Source of the DNA: Shigella phage ESh32
Sequence record: ON528742
Strand: one strand, 5' to 3'
Length of the DNA stretch: 64,000 nucleotides
Made by a program: the position numbers and the translations under genes. The notes under the pieces were generated by a model. It was not told the DNA's origin. It did not search any database and was given only the letters and a program-made list of their open reading frames with translations. Each line of letters opens with the position of its first letter. Position 1 is the first letter of the stretch. Shown here piece after piece: positions 1 through 8,360 of the stretch.

Positions 1-422
1 AGGATAAAGCAGAAGTTATCGAAAGATGCCGTATCGCTGTGTACGCAGAGTTTTTTGTGGCAGATTGGCTAAGCGGATATGTCAATAAAGGCCAAGAAAA
101 TGTCGATGATCCGTACACGTATGCATGGGATGTTTTAGCGCATCCAAAATATTGCGGGCTTCGTGTAGAAGTCAAAACACATCAAACTGACTCGCGTTGG
201 ATTTCGGTAACAACGGGATGCAGCGGAGAGTATCCATATGGTTCTGGAATAAATTTAGGGCCCATTCTAAATCATCAAGTCGCTGACTGTATAATTATAT
301 TCAACACTAAAGAAATTCATCCAGGTGTCATCCAGTACACTCCGAAGTTCATCGGTGACAGAGAAGACCTTCGTAAGGTTGTAAGAAAAAGCAACTACAA
401 CGGATGGTATCTTTCCATTTAA
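1..422 (+). CDS. hypothetical early protein, 5'-truncated at window edge (reading frame open from pos 3; stop at 420-422)
   Basis: Long ORF in AT-rich genome, frame open to window start; by T4 synteny lies on the ndd.x/denB side but identity not recognised. Confidence 0.45.
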   Translation, partial: DKAEVIERCRIAVYAEFFVADWLSGYVNKGQENVDDPYTYAWDVLAHPKYCGLRVEVKTHQTDSRWISVTTGCSGEYPYGSGINLGPILNHQVADCIIIFNTKEIHPGVIQYTPKFIGDREDLRKVVRKSNYNGWYLSI

Positions 423-438
423 AAATTTTCACAAAACG

Positions 439-468
439 GTTTACATACCACAAGGACTGTGGTAATAT
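439..468 (+). promoter_or_regulatory. T4-type early (sigma70) promoter: -35 GTTTAC 439-444, 18-bp spacer, -10 TAATAT 463-468
   Basis: Motif read directly; same GTTTAC-N18-TAnnnT architecture recurs upstream of many + strand early ORFs in this window. Confidence 0.5.
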
Positions 469-502
469 ACAACTATCAACTGATACGGATTTGGAGAATA
501 AA

Positions 503-709
503 ATGTTTACTACAGCTGAATTAAAACGAGCAAAAGCTAAGAAAGGGCAAGGAAAATATAAAGCTGAATTAGTTAAAGAACTTCAGTTTGCTGAGGCTGA
601 ATTGAATTCAATGATTATTCAAAATGCTCCAGAAACTGAAATTGCTCTTAAACGTATTGCGAATAAGTGTCTTCGTGATGCAATCGTCGATCTTTTAGCG
701 GATTATTGA
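503..709 (+). CDS. hypothetical small early protein (68 aa)
   Basis: ATG at 503 preceded by GGAGAA SD and promoter; ORF track 404..709 trimmed to first ATG downstream of promoter. Confidence 0.5.
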   Translation: MFTTAELKRAKAKKGQGKYKAELVKELQFAEAELNSMIIQNAPETEIALKRIANKCLRDAIVDLLADY

Positions 710-925
710 GTAAAATGAAAATCGTTGAGATTGAACTATGAGTTCATTATGGTGGTGTTTTGTTTGGTTAATTAGTATTCCATTAATTTGTTTAACATTT
801 ACTTTTGTGATGAGGTTATTATGAAAATTTTTAATTCTGTACTTATTGCTTGCGCGTGGTGGGTTGCGCAAGTTTCAGCGGTAGTAGTTGGTATTCACAT
901 TTATTACGAATATTTTTAAAAAGTG

Positions 926-955
926 GTTTACAAGACTGTTCCTCCGTGGTACTAT
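926..955 (+). promoter_or_regulatory. T4-type early promoter: -35 GTTTAC 926-931, -10 TACTAT 950-955
   Basis: Motif read directly; followed by SD GGAGGA and ATG at 984. Confidence 0.5.
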
Positions 956-983
956 TACCCTATCAACTACGGAGGAACAGAAA

Positions 984-1097
984 ATGAAAAAGATTATTAA
1001 AGCTATATGGAATGTAGTTATAATACTAATAGTTTTGAGTATATTCCCAATCGTTTTAATGATTGATGTATTAAACGTTTATTTTGGATTTATGTGA
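984..1097 (+). CDS. small hydrophobic peptide (37 aa), probable membrane protein
   Basis: ATG 984 with SD GGAGGAACAG; translation MKKIIKAIWNVVIILIVLSIFPIVLMIDVL is one TM helix; ORF track start 888 lies upstream of promoter. Confidence 0.4.
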   Translation: MKKIIKAIWNVVIILIVLSIFPIVLMIDVLNVYFGFM

Positions 1098-1104
1098 GGA
1101 AAAT

Positions 1105-1302
1105 ATGAAGCGTAAACGCAGTGCTTTTACATTTATTGAATGGTTTTTCGATAATATTTTTCCGGCTTTATTCATTTTCATGCTGATTTTTGCCTTAGGT
1201 TCAGTTGTAGTTGGAATCTATTTGATGGCGGTAGTCGGAATGGACATTCATCAAAATGGTTTAAAATCCGTAGTTGAAACAATTTGGAATGGTGTAAAAT
1301 GA
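1105..1302 (+). CDS. small membrane protein (65 aa)
   Basis: ATG 1105 after SD GAGGAAAA; hydrophobic core FPALFIFMLIFALGSVVVGIYLMAVVG; track start 1084 is a TTG. Confidence 0.45.
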   Translation: MKRKRSAFTFIEWFFDNIFPALFIFMLIFALGSVVVGIYLMAVVGMDIHQNGLKSVVETIWNGVK

Positions 1303-1409
1303 TGAATTTGCTGAGCGGTTGGTTTTATATTCTTATGTTTTACATTGGTGCAAATTTTCCATATTGGATGGGATGGTCAACAACTGCATTTGGGTTTTAT
1401 ACTCCCTGA
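1299..1409 (+). CDS. tiny hydrophobic peptide (36 aa), ATGA-coupled to preceding ORF
   Basis: ATG 1299 overlaps stop 1300-1302; MMNLLSGWFYILMFYIGANFPYWMGW...; below ORF-track size cutoff. Confidence 0.3.
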   Translation: MMNLLSGWFYILMFYIGANFPYWMGWSTTAFGFYTP

Positions 1410-1417
1410 GGTGAATT

Positions 1418-1633
1418 ATGAAAATTTTTAAAGATGTAAAAGTTGGCGAAATTTTTTGCTTGAATAGTGGTGATCAGTTAATTCGTATTTCACCTCTTAA
1501 GAGCACCAGCGAGAAAATGACAGTTAACGCTACTTTAGCAAATAACAGTAATGAACGTTTCTGTATTGAAAATGATACTGAAACTTATACCGTAGAAGAA
1601 TTCTGGGAATTGAGCGTCGACTGCGACGAGTAA
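1418..1633 (+). CDS. hypothetical early protein (71 aa)
   Basis: ORF track; SD TGAGGTGAA 8 nt upstream of ATG. Confidence 0.5.
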   Translation: MKIFKDVKVGEIFCLNSGDQLIRISPLKSTSEKMTVNATLANNSNERFCIENDTETYTVEEFWELSVDCDE

Positions 1634-1693
1634 TTTAATGGCCGTGTGTATTCATGCGGCCTTGGAGTAGAAAATAATTTAGAGGAAATTAAT

Positions 1694-2152
1694 ATGAAAT
1701 ACATGACTGTTACTGATCTGAATAATGCAGGCGCTACTGTTATTGGCACAATCAAGGGCGGTGAATGGTTTTTGGGAACTCCGCATAAAGACATTTTATC
1801 TAAACCTGGATTTTACTTTTTAGTAAGTAAATTAGATGGTCGTCCATTTAGTAATCCATGTGTGTCTGCACGATTTTATGTAGGTAATCAGCGTTCTAAG
1901 CAAGGATTCAGTGCAGTTCTAAGTCATATTCGTCAACGTCGGTCTCAGCTTGCACGTACTATTGCAAATAACAATGTTCCATACACAGTATTTTATCTGC
2001 CTGCTTCTAAGATGAAACCTCTGACGACGGGATTTGGAAAAGGACAGTTAGCTTTAGCGTTTACTCGTAATCATCATTCTGAGTATCAAACACTTGAAGA
2101 AATGAACCGTATGTTGGCTGATAATTTTAAATTCGTTTTGCAGGCATATTAA
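1694..2152 (+). CDS. ndd: nucleoid disruption protein Ndd (152 aa)
   Basis: Starts [18 protein letters not shown] after SD AGAGGAAA; length and position immediately upstream of stp/ac match T4 ndd (from memory). Confidence 0.65.
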
Positions 2153-2232
2153 TGAGTAATTTCCACAACGAACACGTGATGCAGTTCTATCGTAATAATC
2201 TTAAAACTAAAGGCGTCTTCGGACGCCAGTGA
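2152..2232 (+). CDS. stp: Stp peptide (26 aa), activator of host PrrC anticodon nuclease
   Basis: Translation [26 protein letters not shown] recognised as T4 Stp; TAATG overlap with ndd stop. Confidence 0.8.
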
Positions 2233-2239
2233 GGAAAAT

Positions 2240-2398
2240 ATGAATATCGCAAAATTATTAGGAGTTATTTCATTTATTTGTTGGATAGTAGCATGTGTTT
2301 TAACTATCTGTATCGATGCCAGCAGCGTGTTTTCGCAAGCTTTAGCCCAGGGTATGTGTGCATATTTAACATTTGTGTTGTTATCTACTAATGATTAA
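2240..2398 (+). CDS. ac: Ac-like small membrane protein (52 aa; acriflavine sensitivity)
   Basis: MNIAKLLGVISFICWIVACVLTICIDASSVFSQALAQGMCAYLTFVLLSTND; size/position between stp and 52 as in T4; SD GAGGAAAA. Confidence 0.55.
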   Translation: MNIAKLLGVISFICWIVACVLTICIDASSVFSQALAQGMCAYLTFVLLSTND

Positions 2399-2531
2399 GA
2401 AAATCTTGGGCTATTCATTAGCCCTTGCTACTTTATTGGTAGCACTATATTATGGAGTAATATTCGGATTAATTCAAGTCGTGCTTTTCATTTCTGATGT
2501 TATTATGGCACTACATTCACTAGTATGGTAA
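2391..2531 (+). CDS. small hydrophobic protein (46 aa), 52.1-like
   Basis: ATG 2391 overlapping ac 3' end; MIKKILGYSLALATLLVALYYGVIFGLIQVVLF; below track cutoff. Confidence 0.35.
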   Translation: MIKKILGYSLALATLLVALYYGVIFGLIQVVLFISDVIMALHSLVW

Positions 2532-2535
2532 ATTT

Positions 2536-3864
2536 ATGCAACTGAATAATCGCGATTTAAAAAGTATCATTGATAATGAAGCATTGGCTTATGCTATGTA
2601 CACGGTTGAAAATCGTGCTATCCCAAATATGATTGATGGATTTAAGCCAGTTCAACGATTTGTTATTGCTCGAGCTCTTGATTTGGCACGAGGAAATAAA
2701 GATAAGTTTCACAAACTCGCTTCTATCGCAGGTGGTGTAGCGGACCTTGGATATCATCATGGCGAAAACTCTGCACAAGACGCAGGTGCTTTGATGGCTA
2801 ACACTTGGAATAATAACTTTCCTCTGTTAGATGGTCAAGGAAACTTCGGTTCTCGTACCGTTCAAAAAGCAGCGGCAAGTCGTTATATTTTTGCTCGTGT
2901 AAGTAAAAATTTCTATAACGTATATAAAGATACTGAGTATGCTCCGGTACATCAAGATAAAGAACACATTCCGCCTGCTTTCTATTTGCCTATTATTCCT
3001 ACTGTTCTTCTTAATGGCGTTTCCGGTATTGCAACTGGTTATGCAACTTACATTCTTCCTCATAGCGTTTCTTCTGTTAAGAAAGCTGTATTACAAGCTC
3101 TTCAAGGAAAGAAAGTAACTAAACCGAAGGTAGAATTCCCAGAATTTCGTGGTGAAGTCGTTGAAATTGATGGGCAATATGAAATTCGTGGAACATATAA
3201 GTTTACTTCACGAACTCAAATGCATATCACTGAGATTCCGTATAAGTATGATCGTGAAACTTATGTGAGTAAAATCTTAGACCCACTTGAAGATAAAGGC
3301 TTCATTACATGGGATGATGCTTGTGGTGAGCACGGCTTCGGCTTTAAAGTTAAATTCCGTAAAGAATATTCTTTGAGCGATAACGAAGAAGAACGCCATG
3401 CAAAAATTATGAAAGACTTTGGGTTGATTGAGCGTCGTTCTCAGAATATTACCGTCATTAATGAGAAAGGAAAGCTACAAGTTTACGATAACGTAGTTGA
3501 TTTAATTAAAGATTTCGTTGAAGTTCGTAAAACTTATGTCCAAAAACGAATTGATAACAAAATTAAAGAAACTGAGTCAGCTTTTCGTTTAGCCTTTGCC
3601 AAGGCACATTTCATTAAGAAAGTAATTTCAGGTGAAATTGTTGTACAGGGTAAAACTCGTAAAGAACTGACCGAAGAACTTTCGAAAATCGATATGTATT
3701 CTTCTTATGTTGATAAATTAGTTGGAATGAATATTTTTCATATGACTTCCGACGAAGCAAAGAAACTTGCTGAAGAAGCTAAAGCTAAAAAAGAAGAAAA
3801 CGAATATTGGAAAACTACTGATGTAGTTACTGAATACACCAAAGATTTAGAGGAAATCAAATGA
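2536..3864 (+). CDS. 52: DNA topoisomerase II medium subunit gp52 (442 aa)
   Basis: MQLNNRDLKSIIDNEALAYAMYTVENRAIPNMIDGFKPVQR... is GyrA-like N-terminus with active-site region; matches T4 gp52. Confidence 0.95.
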   Translation: MQLNNRDLKSIIDNEALAYAMYTVENRAIPNMIDGFKPVQRFVIARALDLARGNKDKFHKLASIAGGVADLGYHHGENSAQDAGALMANTWNNNFPLLDGQGNFGSRTVQKAAASRYIFARVSKNFYNVYKDTEYAPVHQDKEHIPPAFYLPIIPTVLLNGVSGIATGYATYILPHSVSSVKKAVLQALQGKKVTKPKVEFPEFRGEVVEIDGQYEIRGTYKFTSRTQMHITEIPYKYDRETYVSKILDPLEDKGFITWDDACGEHGFGFKVKFRKEYSLSDNEEERHAKIMKDFGLIERRSQNITVINEKGKLQVYDNVVDLIKDFVEVRKTYVQKRIDNKIKETESAFRLAFAKAHFIKKVISGEIVVQGKTRKELTEELSKIDMYSSYVDKLVGMNIFHMTSDEAKKLAEEAKAKKEENEYWKTTDVVTEYTKDLEEIK

Positions 3865-4010
3865 GTCCATTCATTGGTATTACAAGCGCTGCATTAGTAT
3901 CTGGTAGCATTTTACTGGCGGGTTTAGGCGTTGTTCCAGCCGTAGCAGGAGGTCTTCTTGCGTTCGGAATTCAACGTGTTATCATGACAGTTATCACAGT
4001 CATGCAGTAA
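3861..4010 (+). CDS. small membrane protein (49 aa), ATGA-coupled to gene 52
   Basis: MSPFIGITSAALVSGSILLAGLGVVPAVAGGLLAFGIQRVIMTVITVMQ; followed directly by terminator. Confidence 0.4.
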   Translation: MSPFIGITSAALVSGSILLAGLGVVPAVAGGLLAFGIQRVIMTVITVMQ

Positions 4011-4015
4011 TTTTA

Positions 4016-4042
4016 GGGAGAGCCTCGGCTCTCCCTTTTTTA
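4016..4042 (+). terminator. rho-independent terminator (GGGAGAGCC-TCG-GGCTCTCCC + T6)
   Basis: Perfect 9-bp GC-rich stem, 3-nt loop, TTTTTT tail read directly. Confidence 0.65.
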
Positions 4043-4066
4043 TTTTAAAATTTTTTTCACAAAACG

Positions 4067-4096
4067 GTTTACAACCAAAGCATACTGTGGTACTAT
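4067..4096 (+). promoter_or_regulatory. T4-type early promoter for motA: -35 GTTTAC 4067-4072, -10 TACTAT 4091-4096
   Basis: Motif read directly; downstream leader TACAACTATCAACT shared with promoters at 439 and 21328. Confidence 0.55.
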
Positions 4097-4137
4097 ACAA
4101 CTATCAACTACTGATACAGAATTACGGAGATTAGAAA

Positions 4138-4773
4138 ATGTCTAAAGTAACTTACATCATCAAAGCTTCTAACGATGTTCTGAATGAAAAAACTGCTGCG
4201 ATTTTAATTACTATTGCTAAGAAAGATTTCATTACAGCTGCAGAAGTTCGTGAGGTGCATCCATATTTAGGTAACGCAGTAGTTAATAGTAATATTGGGG
4301 TATTGATTAAAAAAGGCCTGGTGGAGAAATCTGGTGATGGATTAATCATTACAGGTGAAGCTCAGGATATTATTTCAAATGCAGCAACTTTATACGCACA
4401 GGAAAATGCTCCGGAACTGCTGAAAAAACGAGCAACTCGTAAAGCTCGTGAGATTACTTCCGATATGGAAGAAGATAAAGACCTCATGTTAAAACTTTTA
4501 GATGAAAATGGATTTGTTCTTAAAAAGGTTGAAACTTACCGCAGTAACTATCTCGCTATTTTAGAAAAACGTACTCACGGAATTCGTAATTTTGAAATTA
4601 ACAACAATGGAAATATGCGAATTTTTGGATACAAAATGATGGAACATCATATTCAGAAATTTACTGATATCGGAATGTCATGTAAAATCGCTAAAAACGG
4701 TAATGTGTATCTTGACATTAAACGCTCGGCAGAAAACATTGAAGCTGTAATCACTGTAGCATCTGAACTGTGA
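4138..4773 (+). CDS. motA: middle-transcription activator MotA (211 aa)
   Basis: MSKVTYIIKASNDVLNEKTAAILITIAKKDF...; length 211 aa and position next to gene 52 match T4 MotA. Confidence 0.9.
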   Translation: MSKVTYIIKASNDVLNEKTAAILITIAKKDFITAAEVREVHPYLGNAVVNSNIGVLIKKGLVEKSGDGLIITGEAQDIISNAATLYAQENAPELLKKRATRKAREITSDMEEDKDLMLKLLDENGFVLKKVETYRSNYLAILEKRTHGIRNFEINNNGNMRIFGYKMMEHHIQKFTDIGMSCKIAKNGNVYLDIKRSAENIEAVITVASEL

Positions 4774-4783
4774 GGAATAAATA

Positions 4784-5113
4784 ATGAACAAGTTAGAAAT
4801 TGTTAATGAACTTCGTCGTTGCGCAGAACCTACTCAAGAGGGTTGGGATATTTGGTACCATGGAGCTTATCTTGGAACTATCGTAAAGATTAAGACTGGT
4901 AAATACATGATTATTCGTGAAAGTAAAGATGCTCCAGTAGGTATTCGCAATAATTTTATGGCAGCGATAAGTTCATTTACGGATGCAGCTTACGAAATTT
5001 ACCTTGCCGATTATAAAGAATTCCAGGAATCTCAACCAGTTATTCGTTCAATTGGTGTCAACAAAGCTCAGCAGAAAACTTTGTGGCAGCGTATTAAAGG
5101 ATGGTTTAAATGA
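4784..5113 (+). CDS. hypothetical early protein (109 aa; arn.4-position)
   Basis: ORF track; SD GAGGAATAAATA before ATG. Confidence 0.55.
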   Translation: MNKLEIVNELRRCAEPTQEGWDIWYHGAYLGTIVKIKTGKYMIIRESKDAPVGIRNNFMAAISSFTDAAYEIYLADYKEFQESQPVIRSIGVNKAQQKTLWQRIKGWFK

Positions 5114-5571
5114 ACCCATTTATTAATCGTTTAAAAATGCTGAATGTGCCTTTATCTCGTGAGACTCCGGAGAGTCTTGTTCAAAAATTTAAAGCGCATG
5201 GTTATAAATGCACAGAAGAAGATATTCTGAAAGAAGTTCCTGAAATCTGTTGGCAGACTGCATACTGGGATGAAAATCAAAAGTATCAACGACGAATTGT
5301 CTGTGCAGCTAATCGTTTTAAATTAAAAGATGGACGAACTCTTATTATTCCAGGTGCTCGTCATTATTCTAAAGATATGGCAGAAGTTTTAGATGTAGTT
5401 AAACCTCAGTTAGTTACTCAACAAGTTTGTGATGATGACCAAGGGTTTATTGACCAATATAGTAATTATTGGACACGTGAAGAAGCAATGATTATTGCAA
5501 CTTATGCTGGGCAGGTGCGTATTGAACGTGGTGGTAGTGAAAAAGAACTTTACTCTGAGGACCTTTACTAA
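5110..5571 (+). CDS. hypothetical early protein (153 aa)
   Basis: ORF track; ATGA overlap with upstream ORF. Confidence 0.55.
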   Translation: MNPFINRLKMLNVPLSRETPESLVQKFKAHGYKCTEEDILKEVPEICWQTAYWDENQKYQRRIVCAANRFKLKDGRTLIIPGARHYSKDMAEVLDVVKPQLVTQQVCDDDQGFIDQYSNYWTREEAMIIATYAGQVRIERGGSEKELYSEDLY

Positions 5572-5867
5572 TGAATATTAAAAAGTTTCAAATTGATGGA
5601 ATTAAGAATCAAATCCAGGCGTTGGAATATGCCAATAAAATGATGTCAACTAATTGGGGAATTTATGCTAATGAGCCTGCATTTCAGTTTTGTGATATGG
5701 AATTAACTAAAAAGCTTGTAGGAAAAGATTATGTGTGTCCATTTAGTTCTCCAGTAAATGGAATGCTAAAACCTGCTTTACGCGATCTTTATATTGCGAT
5801 GAACGAAGAGATGATAAAAGAGATAAAACGTCAACTGAAGGTGATTCAATTTGGCCAGGGAAATTAA
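5571..5867 (+). CDS. hypothetical early protein (98 aa)
   Basis: ORF track; TAATG overlap with upstream ORF. Confidence 0.5.
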   Translation: MNIKKFQIDGIKNQIQALEYANKMMSTNWGIYANEPAFQFCDMELTKKLVGKDYVCPFSSPVNGMLKPALRDLYIAMNEEMIKEIKRQLKVIQFGQGN

Positions 5868-6069
5868 TTCAAAATCTGATTATTTTAATTCTCTCAATGA
5901 TAAAGATAAAAATCTAATACGGCATTTTATTGTTGAGATGGGATATACCGATACAAACGATTTAAGAGAACATATATTTGAATGTGGTGTAGCTAAAAAG
6001 TTTTCATTCACATGCAAATGTTTAAGAGAGGTAATTCAGCATTATGAACAATTTAGTCGCAAAACATAA
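5851..6069 (+). CDS. hypothetical small protein (72 aa if TTG start; in-frame ATG at 5938 gives 43 aa)
   Basis: Track ORF begins with TTG; true start uncertain. Confidence 0.35.
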   Translation: MAREINSKSDYFNSLNDKDKNLIRHFIVEMGYTDTNDLREHIFECGVAKKFSFTCKCLREVIQHYEQFSRKT

Positions 6070-6152
6070 TTTTAATAAAGCTTCTGTTCATAAGGATAAG
6101 AAGAAAGCGTTTAAAGAATCTAATCGCAAACAGAAACATAAGGGGAAGGTCT

Positions 6153-6431
6153 ATGATTATTGATTCTCAGTCCGTGGTTCAATACACAATCAAAATTGAT
6201 ATTCTAGAAAAGCTATATAAGTTTCTACCAAATTTATACCACTCAATTGTTAATGAATTAGTTGAAGAACTACATCTTGAGAATAATGATTTCTTGATTG
6301 GAACTTATAAAGACCTCTCAAAAGCAGGATATTTTTATGTAATTCCAGCTCCAGGAAAAAGTATTGATGATGTATTAAAAACTATAATGATTTACGTCCA
6401 TGATTACGAAATTGAAGATTATTTCGAATGA
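6153..6431 (+). CDS. arn: Arn, anti-restriction (anti-McrBC) DNA-mimic protein (92 aa)
   Basis: MIIDSQSVVQYTIKIDILEKLYKFLPNLYHS...; 92 aa, acidic; position upstream of asiA as in T4; SD AAGGGGAAGG. Confidence 0.75.
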   Translation: MIIDSQSVVQYTIKIDILEKLYKFLPNLYHSIVNELVEELHLENNDFLIGTYKDLSKAGYFYVIPAPGKSIDDVLKTIMIYVHDYEIEDYFE

Positions 6432-6589
6432 GTCATAATCTTGAAATGGTAATCGAGCATAATGTAGCTCAGGAACGTGAGTCGTTCAAGGAATTCGTAG
6501 AAAAAATTTTTGAAGAAAATAACACAGACCAGTTTACAAATCAAGCGTCTGATGATATTATAACAAAGTCAACTAATTGAGTGGTATAG
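6428..6589 (+). CDS. hypothetical small acidic protein (53 aa)
   Basis: ATG 6428 overlapping arn stop (ATGA); below track cutoff. Confidence 0.35.
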
Positions 6590-6592
6590 TTA

Positions 6593-6865
6593 ATGAATAA
6601 AAATATTGATACAGTTCGTGAAATTATTACTGTTGCGTCTATTTTGATTAAATTTTCCAGAGAAGATATTGTTGAGAATCGTGCTAATTTTATTGCATTT
6701 CTGAATGAGATTGGAGTAACGCATGAAGGTAGAAAATTAAATCAGAATTCATTCCGTAAAATTGTTTCTGAATTAACCCAAGAAGATAAGAAAACCCTCA
6801 TCGACGAATTCAACGAGGGTTTTGAGGGTGTATATCGATATCTAGAGATGTATACAAACAAATAA
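6593..6865 (+). CDS. asiA: anti-sigma70 factor AsiA (90 aa)
   Basis: MNKNIDTVREIITVASILIKFSREDIVENRANFIAFLNEIGV... recognised as T4 AsiA, 90 aa. Confidence 0.9.
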   Translation: MNKNIDTVREIITVASILIKFSREDIVENRANFIAFLNEIGVTHEGRKLNQNSFRKIVSELTQEDKKTLIDEFNEGFEGVYRYLEMYTNK

Positions 6866-7522
6866 TTATTTAGCCCTTCCTAATATTCTGGCCGCCTGAG
6901 AACATATTGATTCAAGGCGGTCATTACTTATATGATCATTTCTATACCAGTACATGGTTATTGTTCCAGCATAGATGTTATCCAAATTAAAATATGGACA
7001 ACTGTACATGTAGTTTATTTCGGGAGTAGGCTTTTTAGTTGGTAAAAAAGCAAATTTTGAGTTGGAATAATAATGACGTCCATTTAAATGAACTGTATAT
7101 TCATCCATAGTTTTATCAACAGGATATCCTCCAAGTGATTTTTCACTTATTGTTGAAGGTAATTTTCCTTCATATGCTATAATATCAACAAAATAGTTTA
7201 AGTTTTTAGGGCGGAAAGAATACACCGCACTAAAGTCTGCCTCAGATGATATGTGAACTATCTGGAGTTGTTCCAGGGCGACAGATTCAAAGCGTGCGTT
7301 TCTTTCCTTTTCAATAATTTCACTGTATGTTTCATACTTTGATTGCTTATAGTACTCAAAGAAACTATCTCCCCTATACCAAACAATCGCCATCATAAAT
7401 AAAAGAATTACGACAGCTACCCGGGAAGCAAGAACTTTCCCGGTAGCGTTATCTTTGAACAAGCGATCTAGAACACCAAATAGAATATCAGAGGGCGAAA
7501 ATGATATTCTAGGTGCTGCCAT
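6866..7522 (-). CDS. t: holin T (218 aa)
   Basis: 218 aa with N-terminal TM (VAVVILLFMMAIVWY) and large periplasmic domain; position 3' of gene 38, convergent with asiA as in T4. Confidence 0.9.
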   Translation of the reverse strand: MAAPRISFSPSDILFGVLDRLFKDNATGKVLASRVAVVILLFMMAIVWYRGDSFFEYYKQSKYETYSEIIEKERNARFESVALEQLQIVHISSEADFSAVYSFRPKNLNYFVDIIAYEGKLPSTISEKSLGGYPVDKTMDEYTVHLNGRHYYSNSKFAFLPTKKPTPEINYMYSCPYFNLDNIYAGTITMYWYRNDHISNDRLESICSQAARILGRAK

Positions 7523-7552
7523 AGACCCTCCTTTTAAGGATATTTATTCAAA

Positions 7553-8329
7553 TTATACTCTTGGACCATATATTGCTCCAACATTTATCCACGTTGGAGC
7601 AGACCCTATAACAGCATAACCAGCATCGCCGCCATTATATTCAGATCCTTGACCGCGAATATTGCATCTACCTCCCGCGGAACCTACTTCACCACCGTTT
7701 CCACCATTATAGATACCATTCACGGATCCTGAGCCAGGTGCAGAAATAGTACCGCCAGTCGCTCCTGATTGCATATCAATAGATCCGCCAGGTGCACCAA
7801 ACGGACGCCCACCGCCGCCGCCAAAGGTCAATCTCATTTGTGAAAAAGGAGAATAATATCCGCCGCCGCCGCCGCCACCGCCGCCTGCAATAGCTCCACC
7901 ATTATTAATTCTTAGTCTCCCACCAATATCGTTTTGAATACAATGACCTCCAGCTGAGCCAGGACTATTGCTACCGCCATTACCGCCACGACCATACATC
8001 GTTACGCCGTGTATATTCAACTGAACATATTCATTGGGTGTATCTCCATACATGAAGAATAAAGGAACATCTTTAGAATATGATACTAAATCTCCAGTGA
8101 TATTAAACACTATAGGTGCACTACCTGCCTCAAAACATCTATCTCGGAACCATTGACCATTGAAGTTATGGTCTGCTCCAAGCGTGTGAATTATTTCAAC
8201 AGATCGACCTATCATATTACTCATCCAAAACGGAATTCCCATTCTCAATCTCTGCGCGGCACCACCCATCCAATTTTGTCCTGTATTAACTACTGCAGAC
8301 GATCCTACCCACGGTCCTGTTACTGCCAT
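7553..8329 (-). CDS. 38: tail fiber adhesin gp38, T2-type (glycine-rich, ~258 aa)
   Basis: Start ATG at 8329 with GGAGG SD (track start 8341 is TTG); conserved N-term, poly-Gly tracts (GGGGGGGGG, GGGGG) flanking variable segments typical of T2/T6-type gp38. Confidence 0.85.
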   Translation of the reverse strand: MAVTGPWVGSSAVVNTGQNWMGGAAQRLRMGIPFWMSNMIGRSVEIIHTLGADHNFNGQWFRDRCFEAGSAPIVFNITGDLVSYSKDVPLFFMYGDTPNEYVQLNIHGVTMYGRGGNGGSNSPGSAGGHCIQNDIGGRLRINNGGAIAGGGGGGGGGYYSPFSQMRLTFGGGGGRPFGAPGGSIDMQSGATGGTISAPGSGSVNGIYNGGNGGEVGSAGGRCNIRGQGSEYNGGDAGYAVIGSAPTWINVGAIYGPRV

Positions 8330-8341
8330 ATAAACCTCCAA

Positions 8342-8355
8342 GGGGCCGAAGCCCC
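8342..8355 (-). promoter_or_regulatory. intergenic RNA hairpin between 37 and 38 (minus-strand GGGGC-UUCG-GCCCC)
   Basis: Perfect 5-bp GC stem with UUCG tetraloop immediately upstream of gp38 SD; no U-tract so not a canonical terminator. Confidence 0.35.
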
Positions 8356-8360
8356 TCTTA

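Noticed and set aside
7523-7552. Late promoter for holin t in the 38/t intergenic region
   Set aside because: Only AATAAATA is present on the minus strand, not the TATAAATA consensus; t may be transcribed from upstream late promoters.
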